64,000 nt of DNA from an uncultured Gammaproteobacteria bacterium (GCA_964639265.1 CAZXCL010000001.1:47301-111300); one strand, 5' to 3'. Numbered from the stretch's first letter, positions 35,641 to 45,878 are shown. Numbers and translations are program-made. Notes: generated from the sequence alone by a model not told the origin.

Positions 35641-37746
35641 ATGGACGAGTACCAAGCCATGAATCATCAGTCCCACCACTGGCATCTGACCACCGACGAC
35701 GACAACATCGGCTGGCTCGGACTCGACAAGGTCGACAGCTCTGCGAATGTGCTGTCGGGCAGCGTCATGTCCGAGCTTAACGATGCGCTTGCGGTCATTG
35801 AAGCCCGACCGCCACGGGCATTGATCGTGCATTCAATGAAAGAATCCGGCTTCATTGCCGGGGCCGACGTTAACGAATTCACCCAGCTCGAGAGCGAAGA
35901 TCAGGCCTACGAGATGATCCGCAACGGTCAACGCGTGTTCGATCGACTCGAAGCGCTCAAGATTCCGACCGTGGCATTGATCAATGGATTTTGCCTCGGC
36001 GGTGGCCTCGAGCTGGCTTTGGCCTGCGACCACCGCATTGTTGTGGATGAGGACAGCGCGCGTCTTGGCCTGCCCGAGGTCAAGCTCGGCATTCATCCGG
36101 GGTTTGGTGGCACGGTGCGCAGTACCTATCTGGTCGGGCCGCAGGCCGCCCTCGACATGATGCTGACCGGCCGCGGATTGCGGCCGCGCTCGGCGAAGAA
36201 AATCGGTCTGGTCGATCAGGTTGTGCCGCGACGGCATCTACAGCGCGCCGCCACGCAGATGGCGCTCAATCCGCCGCCGAAGAAAAAGCTCAGCGCCCGC
36301 GACAAAACCATGAACAGCGGCATCATGCGCCCGATCGTGGCCAGGATGTCGCAACGTCAGGTCGCCAAAAAAGCGCGTAAGGAACACTACCCGGCTCCCT
36401 ACGCCATCATCGATTTGTGGAAGGAATACGCCTGGGATCCGCAGCTGATGTACGACAAAGAGGCGCGTTCCATTGCGCGGCTCATGATGACACCGGCCTC
36501 GCGCAATCTGGTACGGGTGTTCCAGCTGCAGGACAGACTCAAGGGTCTTGCTTCCAATCGTGACTTCAAGCCCCGCCACGTGCACGTTATCGGTGCCGGC
36601 GTCATGGGCGGCGATATCGCGGCATGGTGCGCTCTGCGCGGCATGACCGTTACGTTGCAGGATCGTGAGCCCAAGTACATTGGTCCGGCCATGAAGCGCG
36701 CACACGAACTTTTCAAGAAGAAACTGCGCCAAACGCATCTGGCTCAGGCGGCGGCTGATCGACTGATGCCGGACGTGGCGGGTGAAGGCGTCGACAATGC
36801 CGATGTGATTATTGAGGCGATTTTCGAAAACACCGAGGCCAAGCAGGCGCTGTATCAGTCGCTTGAGCCGCGCATGAAACCCGACGCGATTCTCGCCACC
36901 AACACTTCGAGTATTCGGCTCGAAGAGCTGGCTACTGTGCTGCATCGCCCGGAACGACTCATCGGCCTGCACTTCTTCAATCCGGTGGCCAAGATGCCGC
37001 TGGTCGAAGTCATTCATGGCGACGGAACCGACCCGCTGGAAGTTGAAAAAGGGCTCGCTTTTGCCAAAAAAATCGGACGCCTGCCACTGCCTTGTCGAAG
37101 CGCTCCGGGCTTTGTCGTCAATCGAATCCTGTTTCCCTACATGATCGAAGCCATGCGCATCGGCAGCGAGGGCGTGCCGCTCACTGTGATCGACCGCACG
37201 GCCGAGAAATTCGGTATGCCCATGGGACCGGTAGAGCTGGCCGATACCGTCGGACTCGATGTCTGTCTGCACGTTGCCAACGTGTTTGCAAAGGAATTTG
37301 GCATGGAGATCCCCAAACGTCTGTCCGAAATGGTCGAGCGTAAGGAGCTGGGCAAAAAGACCGGTCGCGGGTTTTACGTCTGGAAGAAAGGCAAACCGAT
37401 CAAGCCCAAAGCGCAAAATGAGTCGGCGCCCGCTGATCTCACCGATCGTCTGCTGCTGCCGTTTGTCAACGAAGCGGCCGCTTGTCTGCGCGAGGGCATT
37501 GTCGAGGATGCCGATCTGCTCGATGGCGGCGTGATCTTTGGTACCGGGTTCGCCCCGTTCACCGGCGGACCGCTGCAGTACGCGCGTGACCGCGGCATTG
37601 AAAACATCATGACCAGGCTCAACGATCTGGCCGGACGCTACGGCGAGCGTTTTGCCCCGGACGACTACTGGGCCTATCTGTTGGGCAGCGACGCCGCACC
37701 TGATGATCAATCCGACGCGGATGCACACGACACGGACGGACACTGA
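35641..37746 (+). CDS. fadJ: Enoyl-CoA hydratase/3-hydroxyacyl-CoA dehydrogenase, FadJ-like
   Basis: FIAGAD, GGGLELALAC, LPEVKLG, VIGAGVMGG, TNTSS and HFFNPV motifs. Confidence 0.88.
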   Translation: MDEYQAMNHQSHHWHLTTDDDNIGWLGLDKVDSSANVLSGSVMSELNDALAVIEARPPRALIVHSMKESGFIAGADVNEFTQLESEDQAYEMIRNGQRVFDRLEALKIPTVALINGFCLGGGLELALACDHRIVVDEDSARLGLPEVKLGIHPGFGGTVRSTYLVGPQAALDMMLTGRGLRPRSAKKIGLVDQVVPRRHLQRAATQMALNPPPKKKLSARDKTMNSGIMRPIVARMSQRQVAKKARKEHYPAPYAIIDLWKEYAWDPQLMYDKEARSIARLMMTPASRNLVRVFQLQDRLKGLASNRDFKPRHVHVIGAGVMGGDIAAWCALRGMTVTLQDREPKYIGPAMKRAHELFKKKLRQTHLAQAAADRLMPDVAGEGVDNADVIIEAIFENTEAKQALYQSLEPRMKPDAILATNTSSIRLEELATVLHRPERLIGLHFFNPVAKMPLVEVIHGDGTDPLEVEKGLAFAKKIGRLPLPCRSAPGFVVNRILFPYMIEAMRIGSEGVPLTVIDRTAEKFGMPMGPVELADTVGLDVCLHVANVFAKEFGMEIPKRLSEMVERKELGKKTGRGFYVWKKGKPIKPKAQNESAPADLTDRLLLPFVNEAAACLREGIVEDADLLDGGVIFGTGFAPFTGGPLQYARDRGIENIMTRLNDLAGRYGERFAPDDYWAYLLGSDAAPDDQSDADAHDTDGH

Positions 37747-37747
37747 C

Positions 37748-38155
37748 TTGCCCACACGATTGCTGCAGTCACGTCACGGCGAACCGTCGGTTCGCACCAT
37801 GGCGATGCCCGCCGATGCCAACTGGCTCGGGGATATTTTTGGCGGCTGGATCATGTCGCATGCAGACATTGCCGGTGCCACCCACGCCTACCGGCGCGCG
37901 CAGGGCAAAGTCGTTACCGTGGCAGTCAAGGACTTCGATTTCGTCGCGCCGGTCTACATCGGCGATGTGGTGACCTTTTTCACGACCATCGAGCACACCG
38001 GCACGACGTCGATTCGCGTGCGTGTCAACGTTTACGCCGAACGCCCGGGCAACGATCCAGGTCAGCACATTGAGGTGGCGACCGCGAGTTTTGTATACGT
38101 ACATGTTGATGAGGATCGCCAGAAAAAGCCCCTGCCGCAGGAAGCGGACAGCTGA
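37748..38155 (+). CDS. Acyl-CoA thioesterase (YciA hotdog family); probable TTG start at 37748
   Basis: AMPADANWLGDIFGGWIMSHADIAG and PVYIGDVV motifs. Confidence 0.88.
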   Translation: MPTRLLQSRHGEPSVRTMAMPADANWLGDIFGGWIMSHADIAGATHAYRRAQGKVVTVAVKDFDFVAPVYIGDVVTFFTTIEHTGTTSIRVRVNVYAERPGNDPGQHIEVATASFVYVHVDEDRQKKPLPQEADS

Positions 38156-38260
38156 CATTCGCGCCTGCCCAGCCGCCGATATTTATGTCGCAAACCAGTG
38201 TGATACAGGTCATAGGGAGCGGCGCCGGACTATGTTAGACTCGCGTCGACATCGCGCTAC

Positions 38261-38285
38261 AACCCCTGAATTTTCGGGGTTTTTT
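38261..38285 (+). terminator. Hairpin plus U-tract between the thioesterase and cNMP genes
   Basis: AACCCC-TGAATTTTC-GGGGTT followed by TTTT. Confidence 0.55.
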
Positions 38286-38302
38286 GACGCGATTTAACAA
38301 TT

Positions 38303-39358
38303 ATGTCTAATAAACCTGTCGACCCCAATTTGCTCAAGACCCTGACGCCGCTGGACGGCCTCAAGGCAGAAAACCTGCAGGCGCTGGTCAAAAAAACCTC
38401 CGTGCAGGAGCTCAGCAGCGGGCGCTTTCTTTTCAAGGAAGGCGACAGTGAAAAACGCACCATTTATCTGGTATCGGGCCAGGTCGAGCTGCGTACCGAA
38501 ACCAAGGTCGTACGGGTCATCAGTGGCGGCAGCGACGAAGCACGCCATCCCTTGGCGCCTATGTTGCCGCGCAAGGTCAATGCGCGCGCTCGCACCGACA
38601 TCGAGTACATCGCCATCGACAGCGATTTGCTGGACGTCATGCTGACCTGGGACCAGACCGGTTCCTATGAAGTCAGCGAGTTGCAGGACGAGGAAACCAA
38701 GGAAAGCGACGACTGGATGACCACCCTGCTCCAGACCAAAGCCTTCCACAAGATTCCTCCTGCCAACATCCAGGCCATCTTCATGCGTATGCAGCGCGTC
38801 TCTTACAAACCGGGCGACGTTGTTATCAAGCAGGGGGATGAAGGCGATTTCTTCTACGTCATCACCGAGGGCAAGTGCGCGGTCACGCGCGAAACACCAC
38901 TCAATAAGGATGGCATCAAGCTCGCCGAACTGCGCACCGGCGACACCTTCGGCGAAGAGGCGCTGATTTCCGAGGCCAAACGTAATGCCACGGTCACAAT
39001 GCTTACCAGCGGCGTGCTGATGCGCCTTGCCAAGGAGCACTTCAACAAGCTGCTCAATGAGCCAATGCTCGATTGGGTGAATCTTAAGCAGGCCAATCAG
39101 ATCGTCGCCAACGGTGGTCGCTGGCTCGATGTGCGCCTGCCGAGCGAGTTCGACAATTTCCACCAGCCTGATGCGGTCAACATCCCACTGTATTTCATTC
39201 GTCTCAAGCTCAAGACACTGGATAAGAACACGCCCTACGTCGTGTGTTGCGATACCGGACGTCGCAGCTCAGCCGGCGCTTACATCCTCAGCGAACGGGG
39301 CTTTACAACGCATGTGCTGGAAGGTGGCCTGACGATGGCCATGGAGCACGGCGGCTAA
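38303..39358 (+). CDS. Tandem cNMP-binding domain plus rhodanese-like domain protein
   Basis: FLFKEGD…YLVSGQV (cNMP1); VIKQGDEGDFFYVITEG…FGEEALISEAKRNATV (cNMP2); WLDVR…CCDTGRRS (rhodanese). Confidence 0.88.
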   Translation: MSNKPVDPNLLKTLTPLDGLKAENLQALVKKTSVQELSSGRFLFKEGDSEKRTIYLVSGQVELRTETKVVRVISGGSDEARHPLAPMLPRKVNARARTDIEYIAIDSDLLDVMLTWDQTGSYEVSELQDEETKESDDWMTTLLQTKAFHKIPPANIQAIFMRMQRVSYKPGDVVIKQGDEGDFFYVITEGKCAVTRETPLNKDGIKLAELRTGDTFGEEALISEAKRNATVTMLTSGVLMRLAKEHFNKLLNEPMLDWVNLKQANQIVANGGRWLDVRLPSEFDNFHQPDAVNIPLYFIRLKLKTLDKNTPYVVCCDTGRRSSAGAYILSERGFTTHVLEGGLTMAMEHGG

Positions 39359-39375
39359 CGCCGAGCAAACACCGA

Positions 39376-39714
39376 CTACATGGTGTGGGTCGGTTTATCG
39401 CCGGACAGGGCCCCGGCCAGATAGTTTTCGATCTTGCGCTGCGTGTTGCCGCCGTCCTGCTCGCTGAACTGCACGCCGATGCCCGCCGTCCGCTTGCCTT
39501 GAGCGCCCTTCGGCGTCATCCACACCACGCGCCCAGCAACCGGCAGCTTTTCATTTTCATCCATCAGATTCAGCAACATGAATACCTCATCACCAAGGCG
39601 GTAGGTGCTGCCGGTGGGAATGAACAGGCCGCCGTTGGTCACAAACGGCATGTACGCCAGATACAGCGCACTTTTGTCCTTGATGGTCAGGGTAAGTAGA
39701 CCCGGTTTACTCAT
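39376..39714 (-). CDS. pilZ: Type IV pilus assembly protein PilZ
   Basis: LTIKDKSALYLAYMPFVTNGGLFIPT…VVWMTP…GIGVQF…KPTHTM; located after holB. Confidence 0.93.
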   Translation of the reverse strand: MSKPGLLTLTIKDKSALYLAYMPFVTNGGLFIPTGSTYRLGDEVFMLLNLMDENEKLPVAGRVVWMTPKGAQGKRTAGIGVQFSEQDGGNTQRKIENYLAGALSGDKPTHTM

Positions 39715-39744
39715 GTCGCTCGAGCGCCTTCAAGTGTGATCGAA

Positions 39745-40722
39745 TCACGGTGATCGAAATCGTAGTGCCCAGGGCACCAGAACCGCCTCGATCAGCTGTT
39801 GCGCGTTCAGCGAGGTGTCCAGCTGACGCTGCGCCCTTCGCAGCTGATCAAGGTAGTCAAATAGCCGACTCAACTTAATTTGATTCAGGTCGTCAGGCAA
39901 GTCTTCAGGGCGCAAATTGTGAGCTACGTCGCGGCCTGCAACGCCAAATCGGACGCGGATCACATCGCTGACCCGGCGGATGAGCCACTCAAGCGCACGC
40001 GCCGGATTGGCCTTGACCCAGCGGGCCGCCACGCTGGCAGGGTTTGCCTGCGAGCTTGCCAGCGCCTGCAGATCGTTCGACAGCTGCGTCATCGTCTCGC
40101 CAAAATCATCTTCCTGCAGTGCAAGCGCGGCCAGCGGCGCGCCGTGCGCCAGCCTGAGCAGGCCCGGCCAGTGGGCGACGCCGCCGTCGCGGCTCTGGAG
40201 CCAGGACAGCGCCGCGTCCGTCTCGGGCCGCGGCACCGGCACGCTCTGGCAACGGCTCAGAATCGTAGCCGGCAGTGCCGAAAGCTTGTCGGCAACAAGT
40301 ATCAGAACACTGTCCCCCGAGGGCTCCTCCAGCGTCTTGAGCAGCGCATTGGCCGCCCCCTCGGTCATAGCATCGGCCGGCTCGATCAAGGCCACTTTCC
40401 TGCCCGTGGCCAGACTGGACAGTGTCAGCTTGCCAATCAGCCCTCGAATCTGGTCCACCGAGATCGTGCGCTTGTCTTCTTCCGGCTGCACACGGTAGTA
40501 ATCGGGATGGTTATCGGCCTGCACCCACTGACAGGCGGGGCACTCGCCGCACGCCGTGCTGTTGGCACACAAGCACAGGGCGGCCACCTGTCGCGCCAGC
40601 GCGCGCTTGCCGAGTCCGGCCATGCCGTGCAAAAGCAAACCGTGCGCCAGACGATCCTCGGCCAGCGCACTTGTGACGGTGGCAAGTGGCGTCTCGTGCC
40701 ACGGCATGGAGGCCTTTAACAT
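39745..40722 (-). CDS. holB: DNA polymerase III subunit delta'; start ATG 40722
   Basis: MPWH, HGLLLHG..GLGK, CGECPAC, NHPD, AANALLKTLEEP and TILSRC motifs. Confidence 0.94.
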   Translation of the reverse strand: MLKASMPWHETPLATVTSALAEDRLAHGLLLHGMAGLGKRALARQVAALCLCANSTACGECPACQWVQADNHPDYYRVQPEEDKRTISVDQIRGLIGKLTLSSLATGRKVALIEPADAMTEGAANALLKTLEEPSGDSVLILVADKLSALPATILSRCQSVPVPRPETDAALSWLQSRDGGVAHWPGLLRLAHGAPLAALALQEDDFGETMTQLSNDLQALASSQANPASVAARWVKANPARALEWLIRRVSDVIRVRFGVAGRDVAHNLRPEDLPDDLNQIKLSRLFDYLDQLRRAQRQLDTSLNAQQLIEAVLVPWALRFRSP

Positions 40723-40729
40723 CGTGCGC

Positions 40730-41395
40730 TCACCCGACGTCCTGATCGTCAACAAAATGGCCAATCGCGTCGCGCGTCGCGGCGCGCACGGCGGGCAGCG
40801 TTGCCGCCGCATCTATGCGCACAAAGCGCTGCGGCTGGGCCGCCGCAAGCGCGTTGTAACATTCACGGGCGCGGTCGAAAAACTCGTTCTTCTCGCGTTC
40901 GAAGCGGTCGGGCTCAGAGCGCTTGCGGGCGCGCGCCAATCCAACGTCCACGGATACGTCAAGCAGCAGCGTCAGATCCGGCCACAGGTCACCGTGGATC
41001 CATTCGGCGAGCATCTCGATGCGTTTGGCACCGATGCCGCGCCCTGCTCCCTGATAAGCCAGTGACGCATCGGTAAAGCGATCGCAAATGACCCAGATGC
41101 CGGCATCAAGCGCCGGGCGAATCACCTCGATCAGGTGCTGTTCGCGTGCGGCGAAGACCAGCAAGAGCTCGGCCCGCGGATGCAAAGACTCGCGTTCCCT
41201 CGGGGCCAGAACCAGCTCACGAATGGCTTCGGCGATACCGGTGCCGCCAGGCTCGCGCGTGCACAGCGTCTGGATATCACGACGATGCAACTGCTCTTCA
41301 ATCTCGGCGATGACGGTGCTCTTGCCGGCGCCCTCGATGCCCTCGAGCGTGATGAACCGCCCACGACGGGCCGATGCTTGTTCTGCCGTACTCAC
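40730..41395 (-). CDS. tmk: Thymidylate kinase
   Basis: FITLEGIEGAGKST, TREPGGT, CDRFTDAS and PDLTLLLD motifs. Confidence 0.96.
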   Translation of the reverse strand: MSTAEQASARRGRFITLEGIEGAGKSTVIAEIEEQLHRRDIQTLCTREPGGTGIAEAIRELVLAPRERESLHPRAELLLVFAAREQHLIEVIRPALDAGIWVICDRFTDASLAYQGAGRGIGAKRIEMLAEWIHGDLWPDLTLLLDVSVDVGLARARKRSEPDRFEREKNEFFDRARECYNALAAAQPQRFVRIDAAATLPAVRAATRDAIGHFVDDQDVG

Positions 41396-42432
41396 TTGTT
41401 TGCTCGCAGTGTTTTCAAATAGCGCGCAACGGCCTTTTCATGCTCGGCCAGCGTGCGCGAAAAATAGTGGCTACCGTCGCCATTTCCGGTGGCGACAAAA
41501 TACAGCGTTTCGCCCTCCAGCGGATCGACGGCAGCGCGCAGCGAACCTTCGCCGGGCAAAGCAATCGGCGTGGGCGGTAACCCGGCTCGCGTATAGGTAT
41601 TGTACGGCGTGTCCGTTCGTAAATCGCGGCGCGTGATATCGCCGTTGAAATCCGGACCCAGACCATAGATGACCGTCGGGTCGGTCTGCAGGCGCATACC
41701 CTTGCGCAAGCGACGACAGAAGACGCCCGCTATCTGACGCCGCTCATCTGCCCGGGCGGTTTCCTTTTCGATGATCGAAGCGAGAATCAGCGCCTCATCT
41801 TTGGACTGCAACGGACAGTCTTCGCTTCGCCCCTCCCACGCCTTTGCAAGACGCGACTCCAGCGCTCTGGCGGCCTGCTTCAAAATTGTGGTGTCGGCGG
41901 TACCGCGCGCAAACACGTAGGTATCGGGAAAGAAACGCCCTTCAGGATGCACATTCGGCATGCCAAGCTGCGCCATGACCTCTGCAGCCGGTGTCTGCGG
42001 GTCAATCGTATGTTCAACTTCCTGGCTTGCCGCAAGTGCCGCGCGAAACTCGCGAAACGTCCAGCCCTCTACGACCGTCAGTGAATAGGTCACCACCTCG
42101 CCCGAGGTCAGCTGTGCGAGCAGGTCATCAATGCTCAAACCCGGCGCCAGATCGTATTCGCCCGCCTGCACCCGCGCCGCCAGCTTGCGATAGCGCGCGT
42201 AGTAGGCCAGAAGCTGCGGGTGGGCAAAACCGCCTTCGGCCGCAAGCTGTCTGGCGGTGGAACGAAAACTCATGCCTGGTTCAATAACCAGACGAATCGA
42301 CTTATCGCCGGGCACGGCCGGCTGCTGCAGTCGCATCTGTACCTGCCACGCAATAGCGCCCACCGCCACCGCGCCGAGCAGCAGCAAAACACCAAACAGG
42401 CGCAACCAGCGAATGCCCGACACCTTGCTCAC
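41392..42432 (-). CDS. mltG: Endolytic transglycosylase MltG
   Basis: EGRFFPDTY, LASIIEKET catalytic Glu, RLQTDPTVIYG and YNTYTRAGLPPTPI motifs. Confidence 0.95.
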   Translation of the reverse strand: MSKVSGIRWLRLFGVLLLLGAVAVGAIAWQVQMRLQQPAVPGDKSIRLVIEPGMSFRSTARQLAAEGGFAHPQLLAYYARYRKLAARVQAGEYDLAPGLSIDDLLAQLTSGEVVTYSLTVVEGWTFREFRAALAASQEVEHTIDPQTPAAEVMAQLGMPNVHPEGRFFPDTYVFARGTADTTILKQAARALESRLAKAWEGRSEDCPLQSKDEALILASIIEKETARADERRQIAGVFCRRLRKGMRLQTDPTVIYGLGPDFNGDITRRDLRTDTPYNTYTRAGLPPTPIALPGEGSLRAAVDPLEGETLYFVATGNGDGSHYFSRTLAEHEKAVARYLKTLRANK

Positions 42433-43253
42433 GGCAGTAACACGCTCCCGCTCAGAATGTCGTGGACCGCATGGGCCGCGGAAAAATCGTCAAATCGAAC
42501 ATTGCCAAGTTGTCGGACCGGGCGCGCACCGCGCACGCTGTTGGTCAAAAACACCTCATCGGCCAAGGCCACATCAGACCGCCGCAGTCGCTGCTCCTTG
42601 ATATCAAAACCAAGCACACCGGCGCTGTCGAGGATCAGCCCTCGCGCAACACCTGCCACGCCACAGCGATCGAGCAACGGGGTCAGCAGGCGCTCACCGC
42701 TACGCACGAACACGTTGCAGCTGACCGCTTCAACCACACAGCCTCGGCCGTCGCACACCAGACCCTCGTCCGCCTCGGTGGCGGCAAGTTCGCGCGCGGC
42801 CAGCACCTGCTCAAGACGGCCGAGATGCTTGATCCCGGCCAGCAATGGCTGCACCGCGAGCGTGGTCTCCAGCCACTGCACAACAATGCCGGTGGATTCC
42901 CAGCGCGCAAGCGGCGCGGTGTGCTCGTGGATCTCCCACAAGCGGCGGGTGCCACTGGCCGGTTCCGGGGCATAGCCGCGGCCCGCCCCGGCACGCGTCA
43001 GCGTAAGCCGCAGGACGGCGTGCTGAGGTAAATCCATGCTCGCAACATCACGTTCGAGTCGCTCCTGATCGGGCATCACCAGGCCAAGCGTTACGCAGCC
43101 GCGTTCGAGACGTCGCAGATGCCGGGCAAAGTGCGCGATCTGCCCATCGGCAACGCGCATCGTCTCGAACACGCCGTCGGCATAGCGCAGCCCGCGATCG
43201 TCAATGGGCCAGTGGCCGCCAGGTTCACCATCGATCCAGTAGTGTGTGGTCAT
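42429..43253 (-). CDS. pabC: 4-amino-4-deoxychorismate lyase
   Basis: DRGLRYADGVFETM, LAGIKHLGRLEQV, GVAGVAR and FLTNS (class IV PLP fold); located between fabF and mltG. Confidence 0.9.
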   Translation of the reverse strand: MTTHYWIDGEPGGHWPIDDRGLRYADGVFETMRVADGQIAHFARHLRRLERGCVTLGLVMPDQERLERDVASMDLPQHAVLRLTLTRAGAGRGYAPEPASGTRRLWEIHEHTAPLARWESTGIVVQWLETTLAVQPLLAGIKHLGRLEQVLAARELAATEADEGLVCDGRGCVVEAVSCNVFVRSGERLLTPLLDRCGVAGVARGLILDSAGVLGFDIKEQRLRRSDVALADEVFLTNSVRGARPVRQLGNVRFDDFSAAHAVHDILSGSVLLP

Positions 43254-43264
43254 TCGCAGGTCCT

Positions 43265-44590
43265 TTACGAAGCCATCAGTGCGAGGCGCAATCCGCGCGC
43301 CTTTGCACGCGTTTCAAGAAGTTCCGCCTGCGGCTCGGAGTCGGCAACGATGCCCGCACCGGCACGAAAACGGACACCAACATCGTCGCATACGGCGGTG
43401 CGAATCAAAATATTGAAATCACCGCTGCCGTCGTGATTCAGATAGCCCATTGCCCCGGTGTAGGCACCGCGCGGGGCTGTCTCAAGCTCGGCAATAATCT
43501 CCATACAGCGTACTTTGGGACAGCCAGTGATGGTGCCGCCTGGATACACGGCACGCAGCGCCGCGCCCGGGCCCACACCCTGATCCAGCTCACCGCTCAC
43601 GTTCGAGACAATGTGATGCACGTGCGCGTAGCTTTCGATAACCATGAATTCGTCCACACGTACGCTGCCCGGCTTCGACACACGCCCCAGATCATTGCGC
43701 TCAAGATCGATCAGCATGACGTGTTCGGCGCGCTCCTTAGGATGGTGGATAAGCTGCTCGCTGAGCTCGAAATCTCGCAACAGGCTATCACCACGCGGTC
43801 GGGTGCCCGCGATCGGTCGAGTATCGATGCGCCCTTCGCCGAGACGAACGAGTCGCTCCGGCGACGAGCTCAGAACATAGTGTCCGCGCCAGTACATCAG
43901 ACCGGCGAACGGTGCCGGGTTGGTCGCTCGCAGGCGACGATAGACATCGCTGCCAGCAATCTTGGGCAACAACGCGGCGCGCCACTCGCGCGACAGATTG
44001 GCCTGGAAGACATCACCGGCCGCGATGTGTTCTTTTGCCTTCACCACGGCCTCTAGAAACTGCTGTGGCTCGTCCTCGGTAATGCTGGTCACCAGCATTC
44101 GCCGTCGAAGGCGCCATAAGGCGACGGGCCGCTCACGAGTGACCGCACGAAGAAAGTCCGCATAGTCATCGGTTTCACTGACAAGCCAGGCTTGATCCCG
44201 CCGTCGGCACACAACGACGGCCCGGCGCACGCGCGCTGCAAAGGCTAGCGGCAGCGCAGGGTCTTGCGCCAGATTCAGCACCGACTCCACCTGCGCGGCT
44301 AGCTCATAGCTGGCAAACACAAACCAGCCGCCGCGAAAAGGCAGATCCGGCGCCTTATCGCCGACATGGTGCGTCGTTGGCGCGAGGCCATCGAGGCGCG
44401 CAAAAAAATCGCCGTCATCCTCGGCAAAAATCAGGTCATCAGGTTCGCAAAACAGGATGTCGAACTGACCCAGCGTGCGCCGCTCAGAGCCACCCTGTGC
44501 CGCACTTTCAAGCAGAAACGGGAAACGTTCAGGATCGGACTCATGCAGGGCCAGGAGATCCGGCACCTGATCCAGAGCGACCGTGTTCAA
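43265..44590 (-). CDS. pabB: Aminodeoxychorismate synthase component I (MST family, PIAGT type)
   Basis: SSSPERL, RPIAGTRPR, AEHVMLIDLERNDLGRV, HHIVS and PGGTITGCPKVR motifs; adjacent to pabC. Confidence 0.8.
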   Translation of the reverse strand: MNTVALDQVPDLLALHESDPERFPFLLESAAQGGSERRTLGQFDILFCEPDDLIFAEDDGDFFARLDGLAPTTHHVGDKAPDLPFRGGWFVFASYELAAQVESVLNLAQDPALPLAFAARVRRAVVVCRRRDQAWLVSETDDYADFLRAVTRERPVALWRLRRRMLVTSITEDEPQQFLEAVVKAKEHIAAGDVFQANLSREWRAALLPKIAGSDVYRRLRATNPAPFAGLMYWRGHYVLSSSPERLVRLGEGRIDTRPIAGTRPRGDSLLRDFELSEQLIHHPKERAEHVMLIDLERNDLGRVSKPGSVRVDEFMVIESYAHVHHIVSNVSGELDQGVGPGAALRAVYPGGTITGCPKVRCMEIIAELETAPRGAYTGAMGYLNHDGSGDFNILIRTAVCDDVGVRFRAGAGIVADSEPQAELLETRAKARGLRLALMAS

Positions 44591-44617
44591 CGCGGTTCCG
44601 GACGCGCGAAGCGCCGC

Positions 44618-45859
44618 CTATGCGCGTCCAAGCACCAGTGTGCCGTTGGTACCGCCAAAGCCAAATGAATTGGACACGGCTTTGTCGAAACTGGCCTCGC
44701 GCGCCGTTAGCGGCACAAAATCCAGATCGCATTCGGGATCAGGCGAATGCAGGTTGATGGTCGGCGGCAGCACCTGTTCGCGCAGCGCCATGATGGAGAA
44801 TATCGCTTCGGCGGCGCCCGCCGCGCCCAGCATGTGGCCCGTAACCGACTTGGTCGAACTCACGGCGAGCTGATCGGCCGCAGCGCCAAACACGCTGCGA
44901 ATGGCCTTCACCTCGGCACGATCACCAAGCATCGTCGATGTGGCATGCGCATTGATGTAGCCGATATCCGACGGCGAGCAACCGGCGTCGCGCAGTGCAC
45001 TGGCCATACTCGACGCAGCCCCTGCTCCGTTCTCCTCAGGCGCAGTGATGTGATAGGCGTCACCGCTCATGCCAAAGCCAAGCAGCTCGGCGTAAATGTT
45101 CGCGCCACGTGCTTTCGCGTGTTCCCACTCCTCGAGCACCAGCGCACCGGCACCGTCGGCCAGAACGAAACCGTCGCGATCGGCATCCCAGGGTCGGCTG
45201 GCTTCGGTGGGCGCATCATTGCGCGTTGAAAGCGCTTTGGCCGAGTTGAATCCGCCCATGCCAAGCACGGAGGTGGCCATTTCGGCGCCACCGGTCAGCA
45301 TCACGTCCGCGTCACCGTAGGCGATGCAACGCGCGCCGAAGCCAATGTTATGCGCGGCCGTCGTACAGGCCGTTACGATAGAAAAATTCGGGCCGGTCAG
45401 ACCGAGGTCGATCGACACTTGCCCTGCAACCATGTTGATGATGCTGCCGGGAACAAAAAACGGCGAAATCTTGCGCGGCGAACCGCTGCTGCGATATTTC
45501 TCGTAATTGTCCTCGATGGTCGTGATGCCACCGATACCTGAGCCAATAGCAATACCGATACGCTCGGGTGGCGTGGTGTCCACACTAAGCCCGGAGTCGC
45601 CAAACGCAATTTTGCTGGCCGCAATGCCGTAGTGCATGAACACATCGCAACGCCGGATGAGTTTGCGATCCATGTAGTCCGTGGCGTTGAAGTCTTTGAC
45701 CTCGGCAGCGAAATGCGTGTTCAGATCGCTGGTATCAAATCGAGTCACCGGCCCGACACCGCTTATCCCCTCACGGACATTGTTCCACGCCTGTTCAACG
45801 GTGTTGCCCACCGGCGAAATCAGGCCCATTCCGGTAATCGCAATGCGGCGTCTGGTCAC
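44618..45859 (-). CDS. fabF: 3-oxoacyl-ACP synthase II
   Basis: GTG start; IVTACTT catalytic Cys, [19 protein letters not shown] and SNSFGFGG motifs. Confidence 0.96.
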   Translation of the reverse strand: MTRRRIAITGMGLISPVGNTVEQAWNNVREGISGVGPVTRFDTSDLNTHFAAEVKDFNATDYMDRKLIRRCDVFMHYGIAASKIAFGDSGLSVDTTPPERIGIAIGSGIGGITTIEDNYEKYRSSGSPRKISPFFVPGSIINMVAGQVSIDLGLTGPNFSIVTACTTAAHNIGFGARCIAYGDADVMLTGGAEMATSVLGMGGFNSAKALSTRNDAPTEASRPWDADRDGFVLADGAGALVLEEWEHAKARGANIYAELLGFGMSGDAYHITAPEENGAGAASSMASALRDAGCSPSDIGYINAHATSTMLGDRAEVKAIRSVFGAAADQLAVSSTKSVTGHMLGAAGAAEAIFSIMALREQVLPPTINLHSPDPECDLDFVPLTAREASFDKAVSNSFGFGGTNGTLVLGRA

Positions 45860-45878
45860 AGTAGTTCTCGATGTAGTA

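Noticed and set aside
36238-37755. 505-aa antisense ORF over fadJ, and similar long shadow ORFs (8685-9653, 9230-10408, 47400-48497, 49803-50870, 7086-7940)
   Set aside because: They fully overlap well-supported genes on the opposite strand and show no motifs. Long stop-free antisense frames are expected with high-GC codon bias.
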